From: Octopus sinensis
Lineage: Eukaryota
Assembly (NCBI RefSeq): GCF_006345805.1
Contig: NC_043002.1
Location: 62,434,001-62,498,000, forward strand
Length of the DNA stretch: 64,000 nt
Direction: 5' to 3'
Shown here one piece after another: positions 42,810 to 54,974 of this stretch (position 1 is the stretch's first letter; each line of letters begins with the position of its first letter). The position numbers were made by a program, and so were the translations under genes. The notes beneath the pieces are model-generated. The model was not told where the DNA came from and made no database searches. It was given only the letters and a program-made list of their open reading frames with translations.

Positions 42810-44379
42810 CTTTCGCTCCAATACACCCTGTTACGTTTTTTATATTTTATATTCCTAATTTTATATGTACTGTCCATTATTTTTCTGCTCCTCTAATGCA
42901 TTTGTTCTTTCTTACCTGGTATTTCGAGCAATTACATTTACTCATTCCTGTCACAAGTAAACTAGGTTGTATATTATACTCTACCTGTCTCTTATACCAA
43001 CATATACATACATATACGAGCACAAACATACGTAAACTAAACACATATATGCATACATATGCATAAATGTATGCGTGACTCAGATTAACGAAGCTACGCC
43101 ATTAAATTACAGGTACACAACATTTGATAATTTTCGAAACGGATTGTCAACTCAATTTTTTAACCGAGATTTGTATCATTTCGAAAATATGACAAAACAC
43201 ACCTTAACTAGAGGCCACGAAATCAGATCGGATACGTGAAATTAAAAACACTTGTAAAGTATTATGTACGATTAACAAGGGAATTTTACTTAACACACAC
43301 TCGAAACAAGAGAAATTAAAACTATTTTAAACCCAACGGCTTTATGCTTCCGATATGTCCTTCACAAAGGACAGTGTTTTTCTCCCGGCCTGAGGAGGGG
43401 CATAGTCCTCGAAACTATATTGCATCGAGGAAAAATTGCTGCGACATAAAATAGGTTATATTTAATTTATATTGTCGTGTGTCAGATATTAGCATTTGCC
43501 GTTTTTCTTCATTCAATACGCTAATGGCGCAGATCCAAACAAATTATAATTTTATGAATATTTCCTGATCATACCTAATGAGAAATACCTTGCTATGACT
43601 AATTACATTGTATCCTGCGGTTTATGTATGAGTCTTAACACACACACACACATGTACATATATCATGTGTATATTTATAAACATATACGTAAATATATAC
43701 ATACACAAATGCCTACATATATATATATATATATATATGTATGTATTATGTATGTCTGTATATATGTATATGTATATATATGTATTTATATAAACATATT
43801 TGCATATATATATGTTTATACACACACACACATATATATATATATATGTGTGTGTGTATACATATATATATATATATATAAACATATATATACGTACACA
43901 CGCACAAATTCGATGCATGCACACACACACACAGACATATATATATATATATATATGTACATGCACTGGAAGTAAATGCGTGCGAGTGTGCATTTGTTTA
44001 TTTGAGAGAAATAGAGAAAACACAAGCAGTGATAGAGAGAGAGAGAGAACGAGAGAGAGAGATAAAAAGAGAGAGAGAGAGAGAGGAAGAGAGAGAGAGA
44101 GAATATCAACACAAAAGAGAAATTATGCAAGTTGTAATTAAGAAGAACATTGTCAAAGCTATTAATAATATTCACAAACCATTCTAATTATTCAAATTAT
44201 AGCAACATTATCGCAACACTATCTGAACAACGATATAATGTATTGCAATTAATGAAATTATATAGCAACGAATGAATAAATAAACAAATAAGTAAATGTG
44301 ATTAAATTGTTAATTATTAAATTAATTAATATCACCATGGTGACTGGAATCGACGTGTGTATTATCATTATCGTCATCA

Positions 44380-44395
44380 CAATCATTGCCATCGT

Positions 44396-44434
<39 letters not shown>

Positions 44435-44546
44435 TATAATTATTATGTTGTTGTTGATATTGTTCTTGTTGTGATGATCATCGTCATCATCGATATCATC
44501 ATCACCATAATCATCATCACCATTATTATCATTATTATCATTATTA

Positions 44547-44584
<38 letters not shown>

Positions 44585-44610
44585 GTTATTATTATTATTA
44601 TTATTATTGA
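44380..44610. repeat. (CAT)n/(ATT)n microsatellite
   Basis: Direct periodicity. Confidence 0.9.
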
Positions 44611-44978
44611 TCTCTACTTACTCATTTATGTATGAACATTCTGAATCAGCCAAGACTTAATGTAACATTTACATAAATTATTTATAGCGATGATTCTTAA
44701 AACTATCAAACTGAGTATTTGAAAGTTGGTAATTAATTTCAGAAGCTGTTATTTTGCATTTCTTCATATTTCTTCCAGTGTCAGGTAAAGAGAAAGTGTA
44801 CCAGAAATTGCAGAACATGGTTCTAAACGGCTTGAAAAGTTTAATTTCGTCCCTTTGTTAAAATTCTACGTTGTGCGGCTCAAAAATATGAATGTGCTTT
44901 GCGTTTGTGATTGATTTTTTTTCTTTTCTTCATATCTGATTGGCAGTAATTCAACAATCATAACTTAAATTATATTCT

Positions 44979-45862
44979 GGCGAGCTGGCAGAAACGTTAA
45001 GCACGCCGGGCGAAATGCGTAGCCGTATTTCGTCTGCCGTTACGTTCTGATTTCAAATTCCGCCGAGGTCGACTTACGCGGCGAGCTAGCAGAAACGTTA
45101 GCACGCCGGGCGAAATGCGTAGCCGTATTTCGTCTGCCGTTACGTTCTGAGTTCAAATTCCGCCGAGGTCGACTTACGCGGCGAGCTGGCAGAAACGTTA
45201 GCACGCCGGGCGAAATGCGTAGCCGTATTTCGTCTGCCGTTACGTTCTGAGTTCAAATTCCGCCGAGGTAGACTTTGCCTTTTATCCTTTCGGGGTCGAT
45301 AAATTAAGTACCAGTTACGCACTGGGGTCGATGTAATCGACTTAATCCGTTTGTCTGTTCTTCTTTGTCCCCTCTGTGTTTAGCCCCTTGTGGGTAATGC
45401 AGAAATAGGTATTTCGTCTGCCGCTACGTTCTGAGTTCAAATTCCGCCGAGGTCGACTTTGCCTTTCATCCTTTCTGGGTAGATTAAATAAGTACAAGTT
45501 ACGCACTGGAGTGAATGTAATCGACTTAATCCGTTTGTCTCTCCTTGTTTGTCCCATCTGTGTTTAGCTCCTTGTGGGTGGTATTTCGTCTGCCGTTACG
45601 TTCTAAATCCAAATTCCGCCTAGGTCGACTAAGGTGGCGAGCTGACAGAAACGTTAACACTCCGGGCGAAATGCTTAGCAGTATTTCGTCTGCCGTTACG
45701 TCTGAGCTCAAATTACGCCGAGGTCGACTTTGCCTTTCATCCTTTCGGTGTCGATAAATTAAGTACCAGTTGCGCACTGGGGTCGATGTAATCGACTTAA
45801 TCCATTTGTCTGTCCTTGTTTGTCCCCTCTATGATTAGCCCCTTGTGGGCAATAAAGAAATA
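44979..45862 (+). mobile_element. Tandem array of SINE family B modules
   Basis: Heads at 44979, 45080, 45180 and ~45632, plus internal B-box/Meta-like modules. Confidence 0.92.
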
Positions 45863-46044
45863 ATTAGATTATAATCTGGCCTCAATATCTAAATCAAATC
45901 CTGGATCCTCTTTCTTCCTCTGAACAACTATAACTACAAAAAAATGTCTCTGTATGAAGATATTACACCCTGTTTAAGGGATCGCTTTCTTTGCACCTTT
46001 TATACTACATCCTCTCCTATATTTTTATTTATTTATATCGCGTT

Positions 46045-46194
46045 CGAACAGGAGGTATTCAAACAACACATTCTTCCCAACTATATGGTTCCAGGTTCAG
46101 TCTCACTGCGTGGCACCTTGGGCCAGTATCTTCTACTATAGCCTTCATAGTGAATTTGGTAGGACGGAAACTGAAAAAGGCCAATCGCATATAT

Positions 46195-46249
<55 letters not shown>

Positions 46250-46485
46250 TGCGTGTGTGTCTGCGTGCGTATGTGTGTGCGTGTATGTGTGTGTGTGTTT
46301 GTCCCTCACCATCGCTTGACGACCGATGTGTTTATGTCTCTGAAACCTAGCGGTTCGGCAATATAGACCGATAGAATAAATACTAGGCTTACAAAGTATA
46401 GGTCTTGGGGTGGATTTGTTCGACTAAAAGCCGGTACTCCAGAATAGCCGCAATCAAATGACTGAAACAAGTAAGAGAATAAAAG
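46045..46485 (+). mobile_element. SINE family A with internal (GT)n
   Basis: GGTTCAGTCTCACTGCGTGGCACCTTGGGC..(GT)n..TAGCGGTTCGGCAA..TCAAATGACTGAAACAAGTAAGAG. Confidence 0.8.
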
Positions 46486-46539
46486 AAAAAAAAATAATCA
46501 TAGTAATCGTCAATATTGAACTGAATATGCCAGCTTGTG

Positions 46540-46745
46540 TGAGACGCGGGGCTTATTGGTTAAGGTATTCGGCTCTCAATCTTACGAGCATGGGTTCGAT
46601 CCCTGGTGCGCGTTGTGTTTTATTTATTTTACTTTAGGTGACTCCAGTCCACCCTGCTTTTTAAAATAAGTTCTACCTAAATTCAAAGACGTCGACCTTA
46701 TCACGTTTTGTATCACGCTGAATCTCTGTAGATCTCCGTGGGGTC
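46540..46745 (+). mobile_element. SINE family D, degenerate
   Basis: GGCTTATTGGTTAAGG..GGGTTCGATCCC..CTCCAGTCCAC. Confidence 0.55.
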
Positions 46746-46866
46746 CATTAATGGATTTACTTTTCTGTTATACATGCTTAAGGCGGTTTATAATTCTTCA
46801 AGATCTCTTTTTTTTTCTTTCCTATCAAAACTTGATTTCTTCTCTTTGTGCGTGTGTGTGTGTGTG

Positions 46867-46929
<63 letters not shown>

Positions 46930-47657
46930 TGTGTGCGTGTGTGCGTGTCTGTGTACGTGCCAACGTGTTTCTTTTCATGAGGAAGCTATTAAACTCCATC
47001 AATTTTATTACACGTACACCATATGATATTATCCACAATTCATAAAGCTTTTTAATGAACAAGACGCTATATTACATTCCCAGCATTGATAATTTCAGAT
47101 ATATATAGACTTCTATCTTATGAGAACGGGGTAAACATTTTTATTTCAAAAGCGAGTGAAACATTACGAAATAACTATTCAAAAATATGATTATTTATTG
47201 TATACCGCGAGCAGAGAGTGTTGGTATCAACTTCACGTGATACAGGTCTCCTCAGGCAACGTTAACATTGCACTAATGAACGCAAGGCCAACGTAATTCA
47301 CAAGAGAGACGCCTGCCTTTTCTCATTTTATTCTATGGAGAAAAGCAGTGATTTATCATTTAAGGACATTTTTGTCTCTGCTAATTGAGATTTGCAGATC
47401 TTGTTAATTAAAATTTCAACGATGTATATTAATGATTCAAAAAATGTATATCTCCACTGATACATAACAGTGCTATATGTGACAGGGATTGTCTCCAAGA
47501 AAAGGGACATCACTGCAAATACATATAACAATCGCAGAAACAACATGGAATAGCATAATGAGAGTAAAATGAATATTCTTACCACAATCTTCAAAGGTTT
47601 CATATTCAAAGTAATGCTTAAAACCAAAATACTAAAGCTAATATTACATTGTACAAA

Positions 47658-47938
47658 GGCGGCGAGCTGGCAGAATCGTTAGCACGCCGGGCGAAATGCA
47701 TAGTGATATTTCGTCTGCCGCTACGATTTGAGTTCAAATTCCGCCGAGTTCCACTTTGCCTTTCATCCTTTCGGGGTCAATTAAATAAGTACCAGTTACG
47801 CACTAGGGTCGATATAATCGACTTAATCCATTTGTCTGTCCTTGTTTGTCCTCTCTGAGTTTAGCCCCTTGTGAGTAGTAAAGAAATAGGTATTGCGACT
47901 GTTTCTACGTTCTGAGTTCAAATTCTGCCGAGGTCGAC
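47658..47938 (+). mobile_element. SINE family B (dimeric type, truncated)
   Basis: GGCGGCGAGCTGGCAGAATCGTTAGC head, Meta-like block, second B-box module. Confidence 0.88.
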
Positions 47939-48130
47939 GGAAATTTCGAACCCAGGTTCGAAATTTCCTACATAACTAAACTTTTCTTAGACTGTCCCAT
48001 TTTCTTCTGAAGATGGGAGTTTGAGCCCAAAATATAAAGGTTTTAATTATCTTCCACGTTGTTAGAAGCTATTTTCTCTTTTTACATTCTTCGATATCAA
48101 AATGCCTCAAGCAAATTACAACTTATATAT

Positions 48131-48166
<36 letters not shown>

Positions 48167-48210
48167 TGTCTGTCTCTCTGTCTGTGTGCATACTTACGCA
48201 TATGCATATA

Positions 48211-48993
48211 CTAGCTGATATACCCGGTAATTACCGGGCAAATGGGGCTTATCCCTTTGTTCCGTTCTCGTAATTATTTCACTAATCCAATTACAATACA
48301 AAGTATGTAGACCTTAAAACAGATTTTATGTGTTTACAGACAATACCGAACTGACGACTTACTGAGGATCTTGTTTTTATGAATTCCCAATAAGTTATGA
48401 ATACGTAAATTATGACTTTAGTTATATAATGACATAATTACATGTCATTATATAACTAAAGTCATAATTTACGTATTCATGACTTATTGGGAATTCATAA
48501 AAACAAGATCCTCAGTAAGTCGTCAGTTACTTACCGATAGTAAGAATTCAAATAAAGTATCCCCGAAAAGGGCTTTAATGCGTTTGCAGAGTATATAGAA
48601 CTTAGGAGGAAATGCTAATAAGGTATGTATACCAAAATCGGGAAGCATATAATGTAATAACAAACTAATTAGATATGAGGCAATAATAATTCAAAGTAAA
48701 TAACCTTGAAGAGGGCTTTTGTGCGTTTCCAGAGAATATTAGGCTCAGCGGCGCTAGTGTTGGTATATTCATAAAAAGTCATTAACCAAAATAAGTGAAT
48801 CTATCGTCTAGGAAAATATTATTTAGTTGTTTAAGAGTTGTACTAGATCAATTATGAAAATAACTGAGAAATAAGCATATTCAATTTGATTTATACCAAA
48901 TAACTTAGGACAATGGACGGGTTATTTCCCTGGGTTGTTAGAATATGGTCGAATGGGTTATTTCCCTTGACTTTTAAAATGAAGTATATTAGA
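48211..48993 (-). mobile_element. Non-autonomous Helitron containing a 180-bp palindrome
   Basis: Minus strand 5' TCTAATATAC, 3' perfect palindrome CCCGGTAATTACCGGG then CTAG, between A and T. Confidence 0.7.
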
Positions 48994-49893
48994 TATATAT
49001 AAGGATCCCTTCCAGGGGTCCTATTATCGATGTTTTCAGCGATCTGAGTATGCCACGAGGTTTCCAGCCATGATTTCTACTCATGTGTCAACTTTCATCA
49101 AAATCGATAAAACGTAGTAAGAGGAAGAGTTAGTTAACAACTCCACAAACACTCGTAGATATACCTGTATACAGGTATATAAATATGAGTATGTATGTAT
49201 ATGTATGTGTATTTGCGTGTGCATATGTGTATACGTACTCACACACGCACTCATATATGTATGCATATACCAGTAATGGAAAGATTTTTGCTTCACCAAA
49301 TAGACACAGGACAAACATGCGAGCCAAGAAATGGACCGTCCACCAGGTCCTTCGACGTACTAGAAATAACAACCGTAATTCTCCTACGAATCAAACCTTC
49401 AATTTCATTTTAAATAATTAAATAACTCAAGAAGATATTAAGATAAATCAAACAACACCATCAACCTGACCAGCACCCATAAAATGAGATGAAATATAAA
49501 GATTCGAATAGCTTTGATCGTAAAATCTACAAAATCAGGAATGACCTGCGGCTAAGAAGAAACGATACCACGCCTGAGATACGCAACACAAACTGTTTAG
49601 AATAGTTCCTATTAATTATGTAGGAAAGACATTACAGAATTGTTAGCTCAGCATGGCTTATTTATAATTGTGCACCTGTTTATCATTTATAATATGCACC
49701 ACGTTTCTACAATCCGAGGGATATAGAGGCGCTAATGAATTAAGTAATTAACTATTTAATCATGGCTTCTTGTCTAACTATATATTTATTGAGATAACAA
49801 CATCTTTAATCATTCTTCAGAGCAAGGTAAGATATTTATACGTTCATGCATTTGTACAAGCACGCAAATATATACGATACATAATACATACAT

Positions 49894-49975
<82 letters not shown>

Positions 49976-50294
49976 AATACATACATATATATGTACATGT
50001 ATATGTATATATATATATATATACATATGCATATACATATGTACATATAAATAAACATATAGATGTAGACATATATCTGTATATAGACACATCTTTATGA
50101 ATGCACACACATATATATATGCCTGCAGTGATACATTACTAAATTCACACACACAAACATAGAGAGAGAGACGCACTTTATGTATGTGTGTGTATGTATG
50201 TACATATGTATATGTGCATATATATCCCTACATATGAATGTTTGTATATTTATATCTATCGGTTCAACTCGCTCTCTCTCTCTCTTTCTCTCTG

Positions 50295-50328
<34 letters not shown>

Positions 50329-50338
50329 ATATAAATAT

Positions 50339-50447
<109 letters not shown>

Positions 50448-50454
50448 TATTTCA

Positions 50455-50685
50455 ACTTCCGGTCTTTCAATATGTCACCTCGTGAGGACCGCCAGCGATT
50501 TTTTTCCTCTGTCTTCCCTTCTCGGGATCTTTCCTTCTCCTATATTTCCGAGGAAGAGCTCCGCTCGAAACGTTAAACCCTCCTTCTTCCATTCTTTCCT
50601 GAGCGTCCAATAATACTTTATTTGTTCCACGCCCTCGCGTTGCTGTGTTTTTTTTTTTTGTGTTTTCTTGTTTGGATTAACTTTA
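50455..50685 (+). mobile_element. Putative Penelope-like terminal repeat fragment in (TA)n with hammerhead-like motif
   Basis: Bounded by (TA)n; contains CCGAGGAA-GAGC-TCC-GCTC-GAAAC-GTT; Penelope assignment is inference. Confidence 0.5.
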
Positions 50686-50715
50686 TATATATACATATAC
50701 TTTGTACAATGTTAT

Positions 50716-50832
50716 ATTCTTTTCTACTCTAGGCACAAGGCCCGAAATTTTGGGGGAGTGGGCCAGTCGATTAGATCGACCCCAGTACGCAGATGGTACT
50801 TAATTTATCGACCCCGAAAGAATGAAAGGCGA
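50716..50832 (-). mobile_element. SINE family B 3' part
   Basis: TTCTTTTCTACTCTAGGCACAAGGCCCGAAATTT..GGTACTTAATTTATCGACCCCGAAAG. Confidence 0.85.
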
Positions 50833-51108
50833 AAAAAAGAGTTTTAAATTTGATATATGCACTTTTTTCTATTTGTTTCTTTGTTTTAGCAACTCCTTCA
50901 ATAAACGTTGTAACTGTTGTACTTTTCGTTATGCATACAATGCTTATTTCCATTATAAAATTCTTACTTTCGATAGTTAGTCTATATTCTCCTAGTAATC
51001 TTTTTATTCTAGGACATCTAAATGTCTAGGAGAGCATGAAGATTCTCGCTTCTATCCTTGACATTTATATTCTAACATGTTCGCTATTGTAACTTCTGAC
51101 CGAAAGTA

Positions 51109-51679
51109 TTGGGTTGTCCGGAAAGTTCGAGCAGATTTATAAAGGAAAGAAAAAGGTCAATAAATACTTGTCATTACATTTTTAATCAACCAAATATGAA
51201 CCATTTTGTTGCACAATGCGTCTCCATCTTTCTTTCCTTTAACTTGAAAATACCCTCTTCCCAGAACTGAGGTAGTTTCATGGCAAAGAATTCATCAAGG
51301 TATCTTTTTACGTCATCCAAGGAATTGAAATTTTTACCATTAAGGCTATTCTACAGAGACCTGAATAAGTGGAAAATCCGAATGAGCAACATCTGGTGAA
51401 TATGGAGGGTGGGGTAACACATCCCAGCCGAGCTGCAGCAATTTTTGTCTGGTTCCCAAAGCATCAAGTGCCGAAAATGAACTTTCTTATCTTCCATTTT
51501 AAAGGGTTACAGAATTAACACAGTTTATAGGAACATAAAACTTTTTCCTCGAAAAGATAGCTTAAACTGTGCTCTAAATGGAGGTGTAGTCAAATCCTAT
51601 TTTATGGTCTAAACCATGTCTTAAAATAAATCGAAAGCTAAGCTACTATAAATCGACACGAACTTTCCGGACACCCCAA
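51109..51679 (-). mobile_element. mariner (DD34D-type) internally deleted element
   Basis: TIRs TTGGGTTGTCCGGAAAGTTCG / CGAACTTTCCGGACACCCCAA with TA TSD; MEDKKVHFRHL joined to TRQKLLQLGWDVLPHPPYSPDVAHSDF..FWEEGI..RWRRIVQQNGSY. Confidence 0.93.
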
Positions 51680-52347
51680 TAAATTGACCAAACACTTCTC
51701 TTTTAGGCAAAGCTGTAAGCAAACTCTTCATGTTCCACTTGAAAGTAAACTTGAGGATGAAGTACAAAAGAGAGATTGAGAGATAGAGAGAAAGAAAGAC
51801 AGACAGTCAGAGGCACAGATGTAAATATAAAGAAATAGATGTAACGTTGATTTTCAGTAAGTTTTCTCAAAGGTGGTGAGAATAGTGAAAACGACCCACA
51901 GGAATTGATCTCATTATGTTCATGCCAGTAGAACAAAATCGGAAGAAAGGCATTTGTTTTCGCCAGTCTGAGTCATATCGGGTTTAAAGTTTTCCTTCAT
52001 GGGCCCCAGGTGACTGATCTTCTGTTGGTATGAGACGTTTCAGTTATTTTTCAATGCCTTCCTTCCGTCTGCTTTTCGTAAACGATTCATCAAAACTCTG
52101 CGAAGAGTGTTTTTTTTTCTAATTCGTCTTTTAAATGTTTCCTCATCAGATTTTCTTCTGTTAAACAAAATAAATTATCGTCATCTTCCTCCTCATCCTC
52201 GTCGTTATCGTCATCATCATCCTCCTCATCATCATAATTATCATCATCATCATGGTCATCATCAGCGTCGTCGTTGTTTTGGTCATCCTCATCCTCATCA
52301 TCAGCATCGTTGTCGTCATTGTCATCATCATCATCATCACTTTTTCA

Positions 52348-52565
52348 GGCGACAGGCTGGCATAATCGCCACCGCGTAAGATACAATGCTTAGCGTAATT
52401 TCTTCCGTCTCTTCACGTTCTGCATCCAAGTTCCACCGAGGTTGACTTTGCCTTTCATTTCTTTCGGGCTTCATAAGATAAGTAGCATTTGAACATAAGT
52501 TTCAATGTAATCCATTAGCTACCTCCACAAAAATGTCAGGCCTTGTGCCTAGAGTAGAAAAAATT
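52348..52565 (+). mobile_element. SINE family B, degenerate
   Basis: CGAGGTTGACTTTGCCTTTCAT..GGCCTTGTGCCTAGAGTAGAAA. Confidence 0.75.
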
Positions 52566-53514
52566 CTTTTTTTTTATATATCTTATCAATAACATCATCA
52601 TCATTATCATTATCTTCATCCACATTATGCTCATCTAGCTTTTCTCGGTTTTGTCAAAAACAAAAGGTTTCGTTTAGGTGCTTTTGTAAAGAAAATTAGT
52701 AATACAAAAATATCAAATATCTTGATTTGTTTAACATTTTAAATGTTTTTTTTTCAGTTTTTCTTTTAAAACAGCCGTACCTTAGTTCGGTTTTGATACT
52801 ACAGTAATATTTCTGGAAATGGCAAGCGCGTCATAATGTAAAGAAGCTTATTCTCTCTTATTTTCTGTGACTTCCTTTTTTAATATCTTATTATTATTTT
52901 TTTATTTTAATGTAATTTTATTTTACTTTACAGCGACCATATATTTTCAATGAACTGTTATTTCTTGTGAGAGTAAGGAAACGCTTTCTGCATTCCATGA
53001 CAACATGCCATCCAAGCAATACAAATAAATCAACGTTTGTGCAACGGAATAGAAATGGCGTACACGGCGAACATAGTGAATTTAGTATCATATCTGTTTA
53101 TCTGTTTTTCCTTACTTCTTCGCTCGTTCTCTCCTTATTTTTTTGTTATACAGATGTTATCATTTATTTTGTTTTTCATCCTCTTTTTCAGAAATAACTC
53201 TTGATTTCATGCTGCTTAGAAGAAAATATTTTTAAAATTTCAAGAAACGGAAAGAAAATCTAAATTTAACATTTTATATCTGATTATGTTTTAAATTTTG
53301 CCTGGCTGAAACACTTGATACTTCCTATTCACTCCGTGTCTCAACAAATTTTGCAATCTGGATGTCTTTGTCTGTTATTATTTTGTATTCAACTTTATAT
53401 ATCTATAATCCTAACAACCCTAACTATTCACAGGTTACACACACACATACAAACACACACAACGACACACACACACAAACACACACAAAGACACACACAC
53501 AGAAACACACAGAG

Positions 53515-53582
<68 letters not shown>

Positions 53583-53588
53583 TATATA

Positions 53589-53816
53589 CAGTGTGGCCCA
53601 AAAGTAGATTTACAGTTATCAAGTAGACACCTTAAATTTCTTTTAACACATATTACATATAAATTTCTATCTTACAAATTGAAAAGGGAGATTGACAAAT
53701 TTATCGAAATTAGCATAGAATAATGGTTTCATATATTTTTATAATTAAGATCTAAACTGTTAATATATGAATGCGAAAGAGACAGTTGAATAACTGTAAA
53801 CCTACTTTTGGGCCAC
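53589..53816. mobile_element. Tc1/mariner MITE in (TA)n
   Basis: TIRs GTGGCCCAAAAGTAGATTTACAGTTAT / ATAACTGTAAACCTACTTTTGGGCCAC. Confidence 0.85.
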
Positions 53817-53884
<68 letters not shown>

Positions 53885-54204
53885 TTATATTTATATTTAT
53901 AGAAAAATACAATGTGCAGTTAAATACATAAGAGATGACCATAATAGGACATCTGACTCACTAGAAAGAGCAGTTAAACTCCAAACCACTAATAGTTGTA
54001 ATTCTGAAAGGGAAAGAGAAATAAAAACGTTTACCCTATCTTTCCTAGACTATGCATAGTTTCGGCAATCTTTTGTAAATAAAATAAAAAGATTTTACTT
54101 TACAATTGGCGTTTCCTACAAAAATTATGTTTTTAATTATATTTGATATATTCTCTCTCGCCTCTACCACAATCTGGCATATAAAGGCGCTTACACTTAT
54201 CAAG

Positions 54205-54240
<36 letters not shown>

Positions 54241-54247
54241 ATATATT

Positions 54248-54555
54248 GTGACCCCCTTTGGTCATGACTGGACATGGGATTGCACCTAGAAAGTTACCCT
54301 CCCAGACACAAGTCCGGGCAAGGTTGTTTATGGAAGATCAGCAGTCGCCCATACATACCGGCCTCTCCTTTCCGCGCCACCAGTATTATCCAAGGGTAAG
54401 GCCAAGGCCGATACAGCTTGGCACCTGAGACATCGCTACTTATTTCCACAGCTGAGTGAACTGCAGCAACGTGAAACAAAGTGTCTTGCTCATGAACACA
54501 ATACGCAGCCCAGTCCGGAATTCGAACTCACAACCTCACAATCTTAGGCTCGACT
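54248..54555 (-). mobile_element. tRNA-derived SINE (family D-like head)
   Basis: Minus strand GAGTTCGAATTCC..ATGAGCAAGACACTTTGTTTCACGTTGCTGCAGTTCACTCAGCTG. Confidence 0.7.
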
Positions 54556-54569
54556 CTCTCTCGCTCTCT

Positions 54570-54627
<58 letters not shown>

Positions 54628-54724
54628 ACAAAGGGTGAAATTAATTAATTAAGAAATAATTAATAATTTCACCAAGTAGGATTCGACATGAAAAATACCA
54701 TTTTATGGTAAGTTTAAGTAATAC

Positions 54725-54974
54725 TATATAATTAAGGTTCAGCAACGATTAGCTTCACCACACACCGAAGTTTAGAAATAGCAGTCAAAATCTTAGCTAT
54801 TCCTTCTACTTTAAAGAGAGTTCCCAGAAAAACCAAAGCAAAGTTCTTTGTTTTCAAGACCTTTTGTTTTTCTGGGAACTCCCTTCAAAGTAGAAGGAAT
54901 AGCTAAGATTTTGACTGCTATTTCTAAACTTCGGTGTGTGGTGAAGCTAATCGTTGCTGAACCCTAATTATATA
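54725..54974. repeat. Fold-back inverted repeat, ~114-bp arms, 22-nt loop
   Basis: 54725-54838 pairs with 54861-54974 with about 4 mismatches. Confidence 0.95.

Noticed and set aside
44979-45300. CRISPR-like regular repeats
   Set aside because: No unique spacers; units are SINE heads in a eukaryotic context with no cas genes
47328-47627. 99-aa hydrophobic minus-strand ORF
   Set aside because: AT-rich chance ORF; no family motif recognised
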